Shown in pieces: positions 29,288 to 39,994 of a stretch of DNA of 64,000 nucleotides (position 1 is the stretch's first letter; each line of letters opens with the position of its first letter). The stretch comes from an uncultured Victivallaceae bacterium. Its GTDB lineage: Bacteria; Verrucomicrobiota; Lentisphaeria; Victivallales; Victivallaceae. A model generated the notes under the pieces. It saw nothing but the letters and a program-made list of their open reading frames with translations, did not search any database and was not told where the DNA came from. The DNA lies in contig CAZSSH010000004.1 of NCBI GenBank assembly GCA_964609825.1, positions 267,037 to 331,036 on the forward strand, given 5' to 3'. A program made the position numbers and the translations under genes.

Positions 29288-30298
29288 TCAGGGCTTGTAA
29301 CAACCGCGGTAATACGGGTCGTCAAGTTGTTGTTTATGATAAATGCGAATTTGTTCCGGCGTCAGAAAATCGGTGACAAAGCGGATCTGGGTGATCGGTT
29401 GACCCGGATTTTCGATCAAGTCGATGGTTTTGGCGACGTTGCGCTCGATGAAGTCCTTGAAATCATAACGGATGACGCCGAGAACCAATGCTGAGTCGAT
29501 GTAGTTAAAGGGCAGCGTATAACTGTAAATGAATTTAGTGTGCGAAGCAATGTTGTGCTCAAGGCAATAATGCATATAATCGTTGATAAAGATCCACGAG
29601 TAGGAGATAAACAACTCGGGGTTGCGCTGGGCCAGCCGCTCGTTGAACGTGTCGTTGTTTTCCTCCGGATCAATGGACTGATAAGGGACATGATACTCTT
29701 TGCACAACTCCTCACTTACCGTATTCCATTCATGGCGGAAAAAGTGCGAGGCAAACACCACGTCTTTGATGCCCAGCTCGATGATCACCTCAAAGGTTTG
29801 CCGCAGTCCCCCGGTGTAATCGACGGTGGCGTCGCAAAACGCCGGATAACGTGAACTCATTTGGACAAACGGATAGTTGCGCAAACGCTCGTCCATCTCC
29901 GGGTCGCCGAAATAGTTGAGGTGATAAATGATCCCGTCGGCTTGGCGGTCGAGCATGTTTTGCAGGCATTTTCGCTCTTTTTCGCGGTTGAAGTTGGTGA
30001 CCGAGATCAATAGCTGGTAATCAAATTTATCGACCTCGTTTAATACCGATTGGGCCATGAAGCTGGAGAAGCCGCCCGAAATGTCGCCGGTGATTAATGC
30101 AATGGTTTTGCTCTTGCCCTTGCGCAAAGCGCGGGCGGCGGCGGAGGGGCGGTAGTCGAGCTTTTTGACCGCTTGGTCGATCTTTTGCTTGGTCCTGTCG
30201 GCGATTTTGGCGGAGAGAGGGTGTTTGTTAAGATAAAGCGAGACGAGTGAGGTGGAGACCCCGACTTCGTTGGCAATATCTTTTAAGGTGGCGCGCAT
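29288..30298 (-). CDS. LacI-family transcriptional regulator (first gene of cassette 2).
   Basis: HTH '[26 protein letters not shown]'; 336 aa. Confidence 0.85.
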   Translation of the reverse strand: MRATLKDIANEVGVSTSLVSLYLNKHPLSAKIADRTKQKIDQAVKKLDYRPSAAARALRKGKSKTIALITGDISGGFSSFMAQSVLNEVDKFDYQLLISVTNFNREKERKCLQNMLDRQADGIIYHLNYFGDPEMDERLRNYPFVQMSSRYPAFCDATVDYTGGLRQTFEVIIELGIKDVVFASHFFRHEWNTVSEELCKEYHVPYQSIDPEENNDTFNERLAQRNPELFISYSWIFINDYMHYCLEHNIASHTKFIYSYTLPFNYIDSALVLGVIRYDFKDFIERNVAKTIDLIENPGQPITQIRFVTDFLTPEQIRIYHKQQLDDPYYRGCYKP

Positions 30299-30313
30299 TT
30301 TTTATCCTCTCTG

Positions 30314-30331
30314 ATTAAATCGATTTAATCG
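30314..30331. promoter_or_regulatory. 18-bp perfect palindrome GATTAAATCGATTTAATC, a candidate LacI-family operator.
   Basis: Perfect dyad with a central CG; it resembles the LacI/GalR operator consensus TGnAAnCGnTTnCA. It sits ~15 nt upstream of the LacI start codon (30298, minus strand). Confidence 0.45.
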
Positions 30332-30605
30332 TTTTTATTAATTATACCGCAAAGCCGATCAAATGTCAAGATGCCGCCGCAAAAATTTTAATATTTTTTT
30401 GTTTTGCAATTTGCATTGTATAAATATTATGATATGCTATAGACGTATAAGGATACATTGTTGATTTCAGGCGGATTTTTTCTGTCGCCAAGTTAAGTAT
30501 CCGGTAATTTTTTTAACTGAGACCAAGGGCGCGTATCAGATTTGTTTAAGGATAAAGCAAGTCCGTCGTCAAGTCAAAAAACATTGGGAGGAAAGGGTTA
30601 CGCAA

Positions 30606-31166
30606 ATGATCGAAACCGCAGGAGAATTTTTAGCCAACAGTCAGCGTATCTATCTCTTTGTCGCCGTACTGGCCACCGCCGTGTTTGTCATCCAGTTTTT
30701 GATGAGCATTGCCGGAATCAGCGGAGACGGCGGCGATGGCGACTTCAGCGTGGATTCTCATGACGCGGCGGACATCAGCGGACTTAATTTTTTTTCCGTC
30801 AAAGCGATTGTGTCGTTTGTCGCGTTTTTCGGCTGGGGCGGCTATTTTTTTGGCCACTTGGGCTGGGGCGGGCTCGCGATTGCCTTTTTTTGCGGGCTTT
30901 TAATGATGTTTTTAACCGCGCTGGTGATATCCTTGCTGCTCAAAATGCAGCAGTCGGGCAATATCGGCAGCGATGATTATGTCGGCAAGACCGGCAAAGT
31001 ATATTTGTCCATCGCGGCCGGCCGCGCCAAGGCGGGGATCGTCACGGTGGATTTTCCGGGGTGCACCCGGCAGGTGGAGGCTTTGGCCGACGCCGAGATT
31101 GCGACCGGCAAAGCGGTCACGATTGTTGAAAAATTAACCGATCACACTTTTTTAGTTAAGGAGTAA
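30606..31166 (+). CDS. NfeD-family membrane protein (YqiJ-like), the partner of flotillin.
   Basis: N-terminal TM helices plus a C-terminal OB-fold; it lies immediately upstream of the flotillin gene (7-nt gap). The RBS is GGGAGGAAAGGG. Confidence 0.7.
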   Translation: MIETAGEFLANSQRIYLFVAVLATAVFVIQFLMSIAGISGDGGDGDFSVDSHDAADISGLNFFSVKAIVSFVAFFGWGGYFFGHLGWGGLAIAFFCGLLMMFLTALVISLLLKMQQSGNIGSDDYVGKTGKVYLSIAAGRAKAGIVTVDFPGCTRQVEALADAEIATGKAVTIVEKLTDHTFLVKE

Positions 31167-31172
31167 TATAAG

Positions 31173-32828
31173 ATGTCACCTGTATTGATCATGGCTGTCT
31201 TGGCCGCATTTGTCCTCATGATGATTTTGATCTCGCTTGTTACGTGGTACCGCAAGTGCCCGTCCGACCGGATTATGGTAATTTACGGGCGTACCGGCGG
31301 CAACCGCGCCTCCAATTGCATCCATGGCGGCGCCAAATTCGTCTGGCCGATTTTTCAGGATTACGGGTATATTTCGCTGCGCCCGCTGCAAATCATCGTC
31401 AATTTGGACAATGCGTTGTGCAAGCAAAACATCCGCATCAATGTGCCGTCGGTATTTACCGTCGGGGTAAGCACCAGCCCGGAAATTATGGGCAACGCCG
31501 CTGACCGTTTGTTTGGTCAAGCCCCGGAAGCGATCGCCGAGCTGGCTAAGGATATTATTTTTGGTCAGCTGCGTCTGGTGATTGCGTCAATGATGATTGA
31601 GGAAATCAACGCCGACCGCGAAACTTTTTTGCGTTCGGTCGAGGCCAACGTGGCCGAGGAGCTCAAAAAGATCGGCTTGGAGCTCCTTAACGTCAATATC
31701 ACCGACATTACCGACGAGTCCGGTTACATCCAGGCCATCGGCAAACGCGCCGCCTCCGAGGCGATCAACAAAGCCAAGATCGACGTCGCCGAAGAAACCC
31801 GAAAAGGGAGCATCGGCGAAGCCGAAGCCAAGAAATTTGAGCGCGTCGCCGTCGCCGAAGCGGAAGCGCTGGCCTCGGCCGGGGAAGCCAACGCCGACCG
31901 CGACCGCCGCATCGCGGTGAAACAGGCCGAAGCTTTGGCCGCCGCAGGGGAGGCGGAAGCCGACCGCAACCGCCGTATCGCGGTGAAACAGGCCGACGCC
32001 AAAGCCGCCGCGGGCGAAGCCGACGCCGAGCGCGAGCAGCGCATCGCCGTCAAGCAGGCGGATGCCCAGGCCGTTGCCGGGGTGGCCGATGCCGAGCGCG
32101 AGCAGCGCATTGCAGTGAAACAGGCCGACTCGCTGGCGACGCAGGGGGAAAACCTCTCGATGATCGAGATTGCCAAGTCCAACGCTATCCGCGCCGAGCA
32201 GGAAGCGGAGGCCTACCGCAAAGCTCAGGCCGCCCGCAAGGTCGCCGAGGCCCAGATTGAGAAAGCACAGTTTGAGGCCGAGGCCGAAGCGCAGATTACC
32301 CGCGCCCGCATGGAAATGGAGAAACAGCGCGCCGAGGTCATTGTCCCGGCTGAAATTCACAAGAGTCAGGTGGAGATCGCCGCCGAAGCCGAAGCTGAGC
32401 GCATCCGCCGCGAGGCCAAAGGTCAGGCCGACGCGATATATGCCAAGCTGGCCGCCGAGGCCAAGGGGAACTTTGAGATTTTAAAGGCCAAGGGTGAGGG
32501 TTACCGCACCATCATTGAGGCTTGCGAAAACGATGCCAACGCGGCAAGCAAGATGCTGTTGATCGAAAAATTGCAGGAAATCGTCAGCTTGCAAACCGAA
32601 GCCATTAAAAACATCAAGATCGATAAAATCACCGTTTGGGACGGCGGCAACAAAAGTGCCGACGGCAAAACCACCACTGCCAATTTTCTCTCCGGGATGT
32701 TGCAAAGCTTGCCACCTTTGCATGATGTGGCGGGGATGGCCGGGCTGGACCTGCCTGACTATCTGGGAAAAGTCTCTGACAAGGGGCAAAAAGCCGAGGA
32801 CGCCAAAGAGGCTGTCAAGGCCAATTAA
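31173..32828 (+). CDS. Flotillin-like SPFH/band-7 protein (YqiK/FloT-like) with internal tandem repeats.
   Basis: N-terminal TM plus SPFH domain ('VFTVGVSTSPEIM…'), a long Ala/Glu-rich coiled-coil 'flotillin' region, and an AAGGAG RBS. Confidence 0.85.
   Translation: MSPVLIMAVLAAFVLMMILISLVTWYRKCPSDRIMVIYGRTGGNRASNCIHGGAKFVWPIFQDYGYISLRPLQIIVNLDNALCKQNIRINVPSVFTVGVSTSPEIMGNAADRLFGQAPEAIAELAKDIIFGQLRLVIASMMIEEINADRETFLRSVEANVAEELKKIGLELLNVNITDITDESGYIQAIGKRAASEAINKAKIDVAEETRKGSIGEAEAKKFERVAVAEAEALASAGEANADRDRRIAVKQAEALAAAGEAEADRNRRIAVKQADAKAAAGEADAEREQRIAVKQADAQAVAGVADAEREQRIAVKQADSLATQGENLSMIEIAKSNAIRAEQEAEAYRKAQAARKVAEAQIEKAQFEAEAEAQITRARMEMEKQRAEVIVPAEIHKSQVEIAAEAEAERIRREAKGQADAIYAKLAAEAKGNFEILKAKGEGYRTIIEACENDANAASKMLLIEKLQEIVSLQTEAIKNIKIDKITVWDGGNKSADGKTTTANFLSGMLQSLPPLHDVAGMAGLDLPDYLGKVSDKGQKAEDAKEAVKAN
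31890..32150 (+). repeat. Four tandem in-frame copies of a 60-bp unit inside the flotillin gene.
   Basis: Encoded repeats: ADRDRRIAVKQAEALAAAGEAE / ADRNRRIAVKQADAKAAAGEAD / AEREQRIAVKQADAQAVAGVAD / AEREQRIAVKQADSLATQGE. Confidence 0.85.
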
Positions 32829-32845
32829 GGTAATTCAAAACGAAA

Positions 32846-32875
32846 CGGGAAGGAAAAAATCCTTCCCGTTTTTTT
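32846..32875 (+). terminator. Rho-independent terminator downstream of the flotillin gene.
   Basis: CGGGAAGG-AAAAAAT-CCTTCCCG followed by T7. Confidence 0.75.
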
Positions 32876-32884
32876 ATGCCTTTG

Positions 32885-33766
32885 TCAGCTGCAAATGGTT
32901 TTAGCCCCGGGGTGCTGATGGCGAAACCAGGTGCGCTGCCGCCGCGCGTACTGCCAGGTCTGGGTCGCAATTTTTTGGGTCAGTATCTCCAAGTCAAAAT
33001 CATTGCGGAGATATTGGTCAATCAAGGCGTAGCCGATGGCTTGATACGCGGTGGGAGAGGCGAGGAGGCCGTCTGCGACGGCGGCCCGGGCTTCCTCAAT
33101 CCAACCATCTTTCAGCATTTGGCGGGTGCGTAACAAAATCCGCTCTTTCATCACCGCCGGATCGCGGTCAAATTTGACTGCCGTCGTTTGATAGCGCAGG
33201 ATTGGCGTCTGATTTTTTTGCAGCTCAACGATGGATTTTCCGGTCAAGACTTTGACTTCCAGTGCGCGGATGAGCCGCCGCTGGCATTGGCCGAAGCGCT
33301 CCAGAGCCAACGGATCAAGCTCCCCCATATATTGCTTAAGGTCGGCAAATTGCTCCTCGGCCGCAAACTGCCGGTCCAGCCGGTCGCGCAAATCGCGGTC
33401 GGCCGGGAGGTCGTCAAGGCCGTAAAGGATTGCTTTGAGGTACATGCCGCTTCCGCCGGCCAAGATCGGCAGCTTGCCGCGCGCCGCGATTTCGGTGATT
33501 TTTTGGTCGGCCAGCTCCTGAAAGGTGAAAACATCGATGCGCTCACTGATATCCCGGATGCCGATCAAGTGGTGGGGGATGTTTGCGCGCTCGGCCATTG
33601 TCGGCTGCGCGGTGCCGATTTCAAGGCCGCGGTAGATTTGCATCGAGTCCACCGAGATGACTTCGCCGTTGTGCTTTTGGGCGCAGTCAATCGCGTAAGC
33701 GGTTTTGCCGGAGGCGGTCGGGCCCATTACCGCCATGATTTCGATTTTATTGGACGACATAGACAT
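32885..33766 (-). CDS. miaA: tRNA dimethylallyltransferase MiaA.
   Basis: 'VMGPTASGKTAYAIDCA' P-loop, 'DSMQIYRGLEIGTAQP' and 'LAGGSGMY'. I chose the start at the internal ATG (MSMSSNKIEIM…); a longer upstream reading is possible. Confidence 0.85.
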   Translation of the reverse strand: MSMSSNKIEIMAVMGPTASGKTAYAIDCAQKHNGEVISVDSMQIYRGLEIGTAQPTMAERANIPHHLIGIRDISERIDVFTFQELADQKITEIAARGKLPILAGGSGMYLKAILYGLDDLPADRDLRDRLDRQFAAEEQFADLKQYMGELDPLALERFGQCQRRLIRALEVKVLTGKSIVELQKNQTPILRYQTTAVKFDRDPAVMKERILLRTRQMLKDGWIEEARAAVADGLLASPTAYQAIGYALIDQYLRNDFDLEILTQKIATQTWQYARRQRTWFRHQHPGAKTICS

Positions 33767-35180
33767 GATGGTTGGGGGTGCTCCACAACAGCTTGGTTTG
33801 GATGTTGAAGCGCCGCTCGGTGTCGGCAATTTTTCGGTCAAAGCGGTCAATGATAACAGTCCCCGGTGCCAGTGATTTCACCGGTCCCGCCGGGCCGTCA
33901 AAGCGAAAATCGCCCACGTTGACGCCGTTGACATTGCAATAATACATCAATGGCCACGGGTCGGCGGCAAAGGTGGCGTACAAGGTTTTGATGCCGTCCG
34001 GGAACTCTTGTTTGAGTTTGGCCGCGGTCGTGTCGGGACAGTGGGTCGGGCGAACAAAATAACAGTAAAAGAAGTCGTCGCGGTTGAGGTTGCCGTTGCG
34101 CCGCGAAAACGCCGCCTGCAAGGGCATATACTCTTGCACAAAACCCCACAACAGGACGATGGCCAAAATCCCCGCGAGCCAAGTGGTTTCGCACCACCGC
34201 TTGTTGATATGACAGTAGACGGCGGTGACGTCGCGCAACCCGGCGGTGATCAACAATGCATAAATCGGCCATAGCTGAAAAAAGACGCGGGGGAAAGGGG
34301 GCGTACTCAAGAGCAGCGCCGCCGGAATCGGCAACAGCCAGATAAAAAAGCGGCTGGTGCGCAAGTAATTGTAATTGCTTCTCCCCAACGCTGTGATTGC
34401 GCCGATGCCCATAAAAATCAGCATCGCAAATGAGTAGAGGAGGGCGGCGTACACCGCCTGCAATACTTTTAAGGGGTCATCCCACCCCTCGCCGAGGCGG
34501 AAACACCCCAACAGCTGCCGCCAGATGGGGAGGTAAAAGAGCAATGCCGCGAGCAGCGGCGCCAGCGCCAAAGCGTAAAACCGGGTTTTTTTGTAAAAAT
34601 CCGCGCCCCATTGCGGCAAGACGTAGAGAATCACCGCCAGCGCCCCGAGTAAATTGGTTGGCACCGTCCCCACCAGCAAGATGAGTGCAATAAAATAGCG
34701 GACAAACTTGCGCCAGTTTTGATCCAGTGAGTACTCTTTGGCAAAAAAAAGCACCCATATGAGCAAAAAAGCGCTCAGCATATAGCCGCGAATCGCGGTC
34801 GCGTAGACCAAAAAGGGGAGCGAAATGCCGAGGGCAATCAGTACCGGCGTGATGATTTTGCGCCCGCCCAGATTGGCTTTAAACAAAAAATACATGCTGA
34901 GCAAGGTCGCCGCGCCCAAAATCACCGACAAGAGACGCAACCAAAAGACCGGATCGACTCCGGCCGGGGTGATGATCAGCCAGTAATGCAAGAGTATGGT
35001 ATAGAGAATGTGATTATTGGGGATCGCGTAATTGCGGTAAATTGCCGCCGCGTCGGGGAGCAGCGCAAAGTTGAGCAGCGTGACCGCTTCGTCAAACCAG
35101 AGATCGCGGTAAAGAAATTTACCGGCAAAATAAATAAATGCAATGACAATGGCGGAAACGGTAATTTTTTGAGAGATCAT
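33747..35180 (-). CDS. GT-C-fold membrane glycosyltransferase (family 39 / ArnT-like).
   Basis: Polytopic membrane protein (~12 TM helices) with a C-terminal soluble domain. The start is placed at MISQKITVSAIV…. Its 3' end overlaps the miaA start by 20 nt. Confidence 0.5.
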   Translation of the reverse strand: MISQKITVSAIVIAFIYFAGKFLYRDLWFDEAVTLLNFALLPDAAAIYRNYAIPNNHILYTILLHYWLIITPAGVDPVFWLRLLSVILGAATLLSMYFLFKANLGGRKIITPVLIALGISLPFLVYATAIRGYMLSAFLLIWVLFFAKEYSLDQNWRKFVRYFIALILLVGTVPTNLLGALAVILYVLPQWGADFYKKTRFYALALAPLLAALLFYLPIWRQLLGCFRLGEGWDDPLKVLQAVYAALLYSFAMLIFMGIGAITALGRSNYNYLRTSRFFIWLLPIPAALLLSTPPFPRVFFQLWPIYALLITAGLRDVTAVYCHINKRWCETTWLAGILAIVLLWGFVQEYMPLQAAFSRRNGNLNRDDFFYCYFVRPTHCPDTTAAKLKQEFPDGIKTLYATFAADPWPLMYYCNVNGVNVGDFRFDGPAGPVKSLAPGTVIIDRFDRKIADTERRFNIQTKLLWSTPNHHVYVVQ

Positions 35181-35243
35181 AACGTGACCAAACTCCCGTT
35201 TGTAGTGGCAACATCGTATCATCCGGCGAGGGGCTTTTAAGAC

Positions 35244-35271
35244 AAAAAAAACCGGCAAGCATGCTTGCCGG
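35244..35271 (-). terminator. Rho-independent terminator downstream of the ferredoxin gene (minus strand).
   Basis: CCGGCAAGC-ATG-CTTGCCGG is palindromic, with an A8 tract on the plus strand (T8 on the minus-strand transcript). Confidence 0.65.
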
Positions 35272-35285
35272 TTTGGGGGAAACGA

Positions 35286-35456
35286 TTAGAGGGAAATCGC
35301 TTCGCAGGGGCATTCGCCGACGCAAGCGCCGCAGTCAATGCAATCCGCTTCTTTGACGCTCGCTTTGCCGTCGACCATCTCGATCGCGCCGACCGGGCAA
35401 GCACCGACGCAGCACTCGCAACCACTGCAGGAATCCTTATTAATCTTAGCAGCCAT
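35286..35456 (-). CDS. 2x[4Fe-4S] dicluster ferredoxin, 56 aa (missed by the track's >=60-aa cut-off).
   Basis: My hand translation gives MAAKINKDSCSGCECCVGACPVGAIEMVDGKASVKEADCIDCGACVGECPCEAISL. It has two CxxCxxCxxxCP motifs and a strong RBS (GGAGAGAGAAA-ATG). The coordinates are confirmed against the overlapping plus-strand track ORF 35265-35486. Confidence 0.85.
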   Translation of the reverse strand: MAAKINKDSCSGCECCVGACPVGAIEMVDGKASVKEADCIDCGACVGECPCEAISL

Positions 35457-35542
35457 TTTCTCTCTCCATTGTTAGCTGTTAGTTGATAACGGTAAAAATT
35501 AATATAACACGTTTTGACGAAAAATCAAATTATTTTATTCAA

Positions 35543-36547
35543 TTATAACAACTCGGCAATTTGCACCGCGTTAAGCGCCGCACCCTTAAGCACTTGGTCG
35601 CCCGACACAAAAATGTCGAGGCCGCGCTTGTCGTCGCGCGAGCTGTCCTGACGGATGCGCCCGACCAAAACGTTGTACTGCTCGCTCGCGTCAATCGGCA
35701 TCGGGTAGCGCTTGTTGGCCGGGTCGTCAACCAACGTAACGCCGGGGGCGGTCGCCAAAATTGCGCGGGCCTCGGCGGGCGTGATTTCGTTTTCAAACTC
35801 GAGGTTCAACGCTTCGCTGTGGGCGCGCATCACCGGCACCCGCACGCAGGTGCAGGAGACTTTAAAATTGGGGTCGTGCAGCATTTTGCGCGACTCGTTC
35901 TGCATTTTCATCTCTTCTTTGGTGTAGCCGCTGTCGAGAAACGTGTCGATGTGCGGAATCAAATTGAAACCGATGCGGTGGGCAAAAACCTTGGGGGCGA
36001 TCGCTTCGCCGTTGAGCAATTGGCGCGTCTGCACCAGCATCTCGTCCATCCCTTTGGCACCGGCTCCGCTGGTCGCCTGATAGGTCGCGGCGACCAAACG
36101 CTTGACGCGGTTGTGACGGTACAGCGGGGTGACGGCAACGAGCATGATGATGGTTGAGCAGTTGGGGTTGGCAATCACGCCCTTGTGCTTTTTGATGTCC
36201 TCGGGGTTGACCTCGGGAACGACCAAGGGCACATCATCCTCCATGCGGAAAGCACTCGAGTTGTCGATCATCACGGCGCCCGACTTGACCACCGCGCTGC
36301 GAAACTCCTTGGAGATGTCGCTGCCGGCGCTGAAAAGGGCGATGTCAATGTTTTTAAAGGAATCAGCGGTCAACTCTTCGATCTTGACTTGGGTGCCCTT
36401 AAAATCCATTGTTTTACCGGCGGAGCGGGCGGAAGCTAAGAGTCTCAAATTTTTGACCGGGAAATTGCGCTTTACGAGCGTATTGAGCATTTCCACGCCG
36501 ACAGCACCGGTGGCACCGGCGATTGCGACATTAAAACCACTTGACAT
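35543..36547 (-). CDS. asd: Aspartate-semialdehyde dehydrogenase.
   Basis: 'VAIAGATGAVGVEML' and an active-site region 'IANPNCSTI'; 334 aa. Confidence 0.9.
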   Translation of the reverse strand: MSSGFNVAIAGATGAVGVEMLNTLVKRNFPVKNLRLLASARSAGKTMDFKGTQVKIEELTADSFKNIDIALFSAGSDISKEFRSAVVKSGAVMIDNSSAFRMEDDVPLVVPEVNPEDIKKHKGVIANPNCSTIIMLVAVTPLYRHNRVKRLVAATYQATSGAGAKGMDEMLVQTRQLLNGEAIAPKVFAHRIGFNLIPHIDTFLDSGYTKEEMKMQNESRKMLHDPNFKVSCTCVRVPVMRAHSEALNLEFENEITPAEARAILATAPGVTLVDDPANKRYPMPIDASEQYNVLVGRIRQDSSRDDKRGLDIFVSGDQVLKGAALNAVQIAELL

Positions 36548-36600
36548 TTTTGTTTTCCTTGCAAAACTTTCGTTGTAAATATTTTATTAATATAGCATAA

Positions 36601-38505
<1,905 letters not shown>

Positions 38506-38512
38506 GTTGGCG

Positions 38513-39007
38513 TTATTGATCCTTTGACGACTCTTCCGGCAACGCTTCGTCGGTTTTGTCGCTTATTTGTCTGCGGCGGACAACGTGGTAACAGCTCAAC
38601 ATTTTGCAAATCTGATAGATCAGCATGTAAATGATAATCCCGCCGATCACGAGTCCTATAATTTCCGAAATACCTGAAAATATCAGCAAAATTATATTGG
38701 GGATAACAAAAAGAAAGTTGCCGATAATTCCGCCCAAAGTATCATCCAACTGAAGGGATAAAAACTCCAATACTATTAAAATAATTGTGCACACATGGGC
38801 AGCTTTGACTGACGGGTTTGAGACTTTTTTAAACCGGAATCCGGAGAGATAAAATACCGGCGGAATCGCCGCTAAAATTGCCCAATACGCCCAAACGTAG
38901 GGTACATAAGGGCTTTTAAAACGAACCCCGATCGGGAGGAGATCAACGCAAGCCAAAGCATTTGGGGAAAGCGACAATGCCAACAACAGCCATACCGTTT
39001 TTTTCAT
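38513..39007 (-). CDS. Hypothetical small membrane protein; the gene is visibly AT-richer than its neighbours.
   Basis: 164 aa with a signal/TM N-terminus and several hydrophobic helices. I see no family signature. Confidence 0.4.
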   Translation of the reverse strand: MKKTVWLLLALSLSPNALACVDLLPIGVRFKSPYVPYVWAYWAILAAIPPVFYLSGFRFKKVSNPSVKAAHVCTIILIVLEFLSLQLDDTLGGIIGNFLFVIPNIILLIFSGISEIIGLVIGGIIIYMLIYQICKMLSCYHVVRRRQISDKTDEALPEESSKDQ

Positions 39008-39034
39008 ACCTAACGCTCCTTGGATAATTTTGTT

Positions 39035-39994
39035 TTACTCCCCCGCGTGAAAACAGGCGCACTGGTGACCGGGTGCAATTTCCGCAAGCAAGGGAAGCTC
39101 AACTTTGCAGCGTTCATCCGCCAGCGGGCAGCGCGGGTGAAAGGCGCAGCCGGAGGGCGGGTTGACCGGCGAGGGGACATCGCCCGTTAAAATAATCCGG
39201 CTTCCGGCCGGAGTGCCGACATCGGGCACCGCCGAAAGCAATGCTTTGGTATATGGGTGCAAGGGGTGCTGCGTGATATCGCGCGCCAACCCTGACTCGA
39301 CGATGCGGCCAAGGTACATCACCATAATTTTAGAGGCAATATGCTCGACCACTGCCAAATCGTGGGCGATGAATAAAAACGATGTCCCGGTTTTTTCACA
39401 GATATCCTGCAAGAGATTGATGATTGACGCTTGTACGCTGACATCCAATGCCGACACCGGCTCGTCGGCGACGATGAGTTTGGGCCCCGCCGCCAACGCG
39501 CGGGCGATGCCGATGCGCTGGCGTTGTCCGCCCGAGAACTGGTGGGGGTAGCGGTCCAGCGCGTCGCCGCTCAAGCCCACGTCCTCCAACAGCTGCGCTG
39601 CTTTGGTCCGCCGGGCGGCTTTGTCAAGCTTGGTATGCAGCGCCAATACTTCGTCAATGGCGCTAAAGATGGTCAACCGCGGGTTTAAGGAGCCGTAAGG
39701 GTCCTGAAAAATCATTTGGAAGTCTTTGCGCAGCTTTTGCGACTCTTTGCCTTTGACGTTGGCAATGTCGATGTCGTTGAGGATAATTTTGCCGCTGTGA
39801 GGCGACTCCAGGCGCACCAGCGCCCGGCCGAGGGTGCTTTTGCCGCAGCCGGATTCGCCGACCAAGCCGACGATTTCGCCGCCGTTGATCTCAAAGGAAA
39901 CGCCGTCCAGGGCTTTGACAAATTTTTTGGGAGCAAACAGCGCACCGCGCAAGGGATAATATACTTTAAGGTCCTCAACTTTGAGCAGACTCAT
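39035..39994 (-). CDS. OppF/DppF-type oligopeptide ABC transporter ATP-binding protein, orphan (no permease or SBP adjacent).
   Basis: Walker A 'GESGCGKST', signature 'LSGGQRQR', Walker B 'LIVADEP', and an OppF-type C-terminal 'PSGCAFHPRCP' extension. Its ATG overlaps the PP2C stop (ATGA). Confidence 0.85.
   Translation of the reverse strand: MSLLKVEDLKVYYPLRGALFAPKKFVKALDGVSFEINGGEIVGLVGESGCGKSTLGRALVRLESPHSGKIILNDIDIANVKGKESQKLRKDFQMIFQDPYGSLNPRLTIFSAIDEVLALHTKLDKAARRTKAAQLLEDVGLSGDALDRYPHQFSGGQRQRIGIARALAAGPKLIVADEPVSALDVSVQASIINLLQDICEKTGTSFLFIAHDLAVVEHIASKIMVMYLGRIVESGLARDITQHPLHPYTKALLSAVPDVGTPAGSRIILTGDVPSPVNPPSGCAFHPRCPLADERCKVELPLLAEIAPGHQCACFHAGE

Noticed and set aside
30299-30605. 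The 300-nt region upstream of the NfeD-flotillin operon, considered as possible mobile-element debris or a small gene.
   Set aside because: There is no ORF longer than a few codons and there are no terminal inverted repeats. It is AT-rich with promoter-like hexamers and the LacI palindrome, so I read it as a divergent regulatory region.
31890-32150. Regularly spaced 60-bp direct repeats that could be mistaken for a CRISPR array.
   Set aside because: The repeats are contiguous with no spacers, lie in frame inside the flotillin ORF, and encode a repeated coiled-coil peptide.
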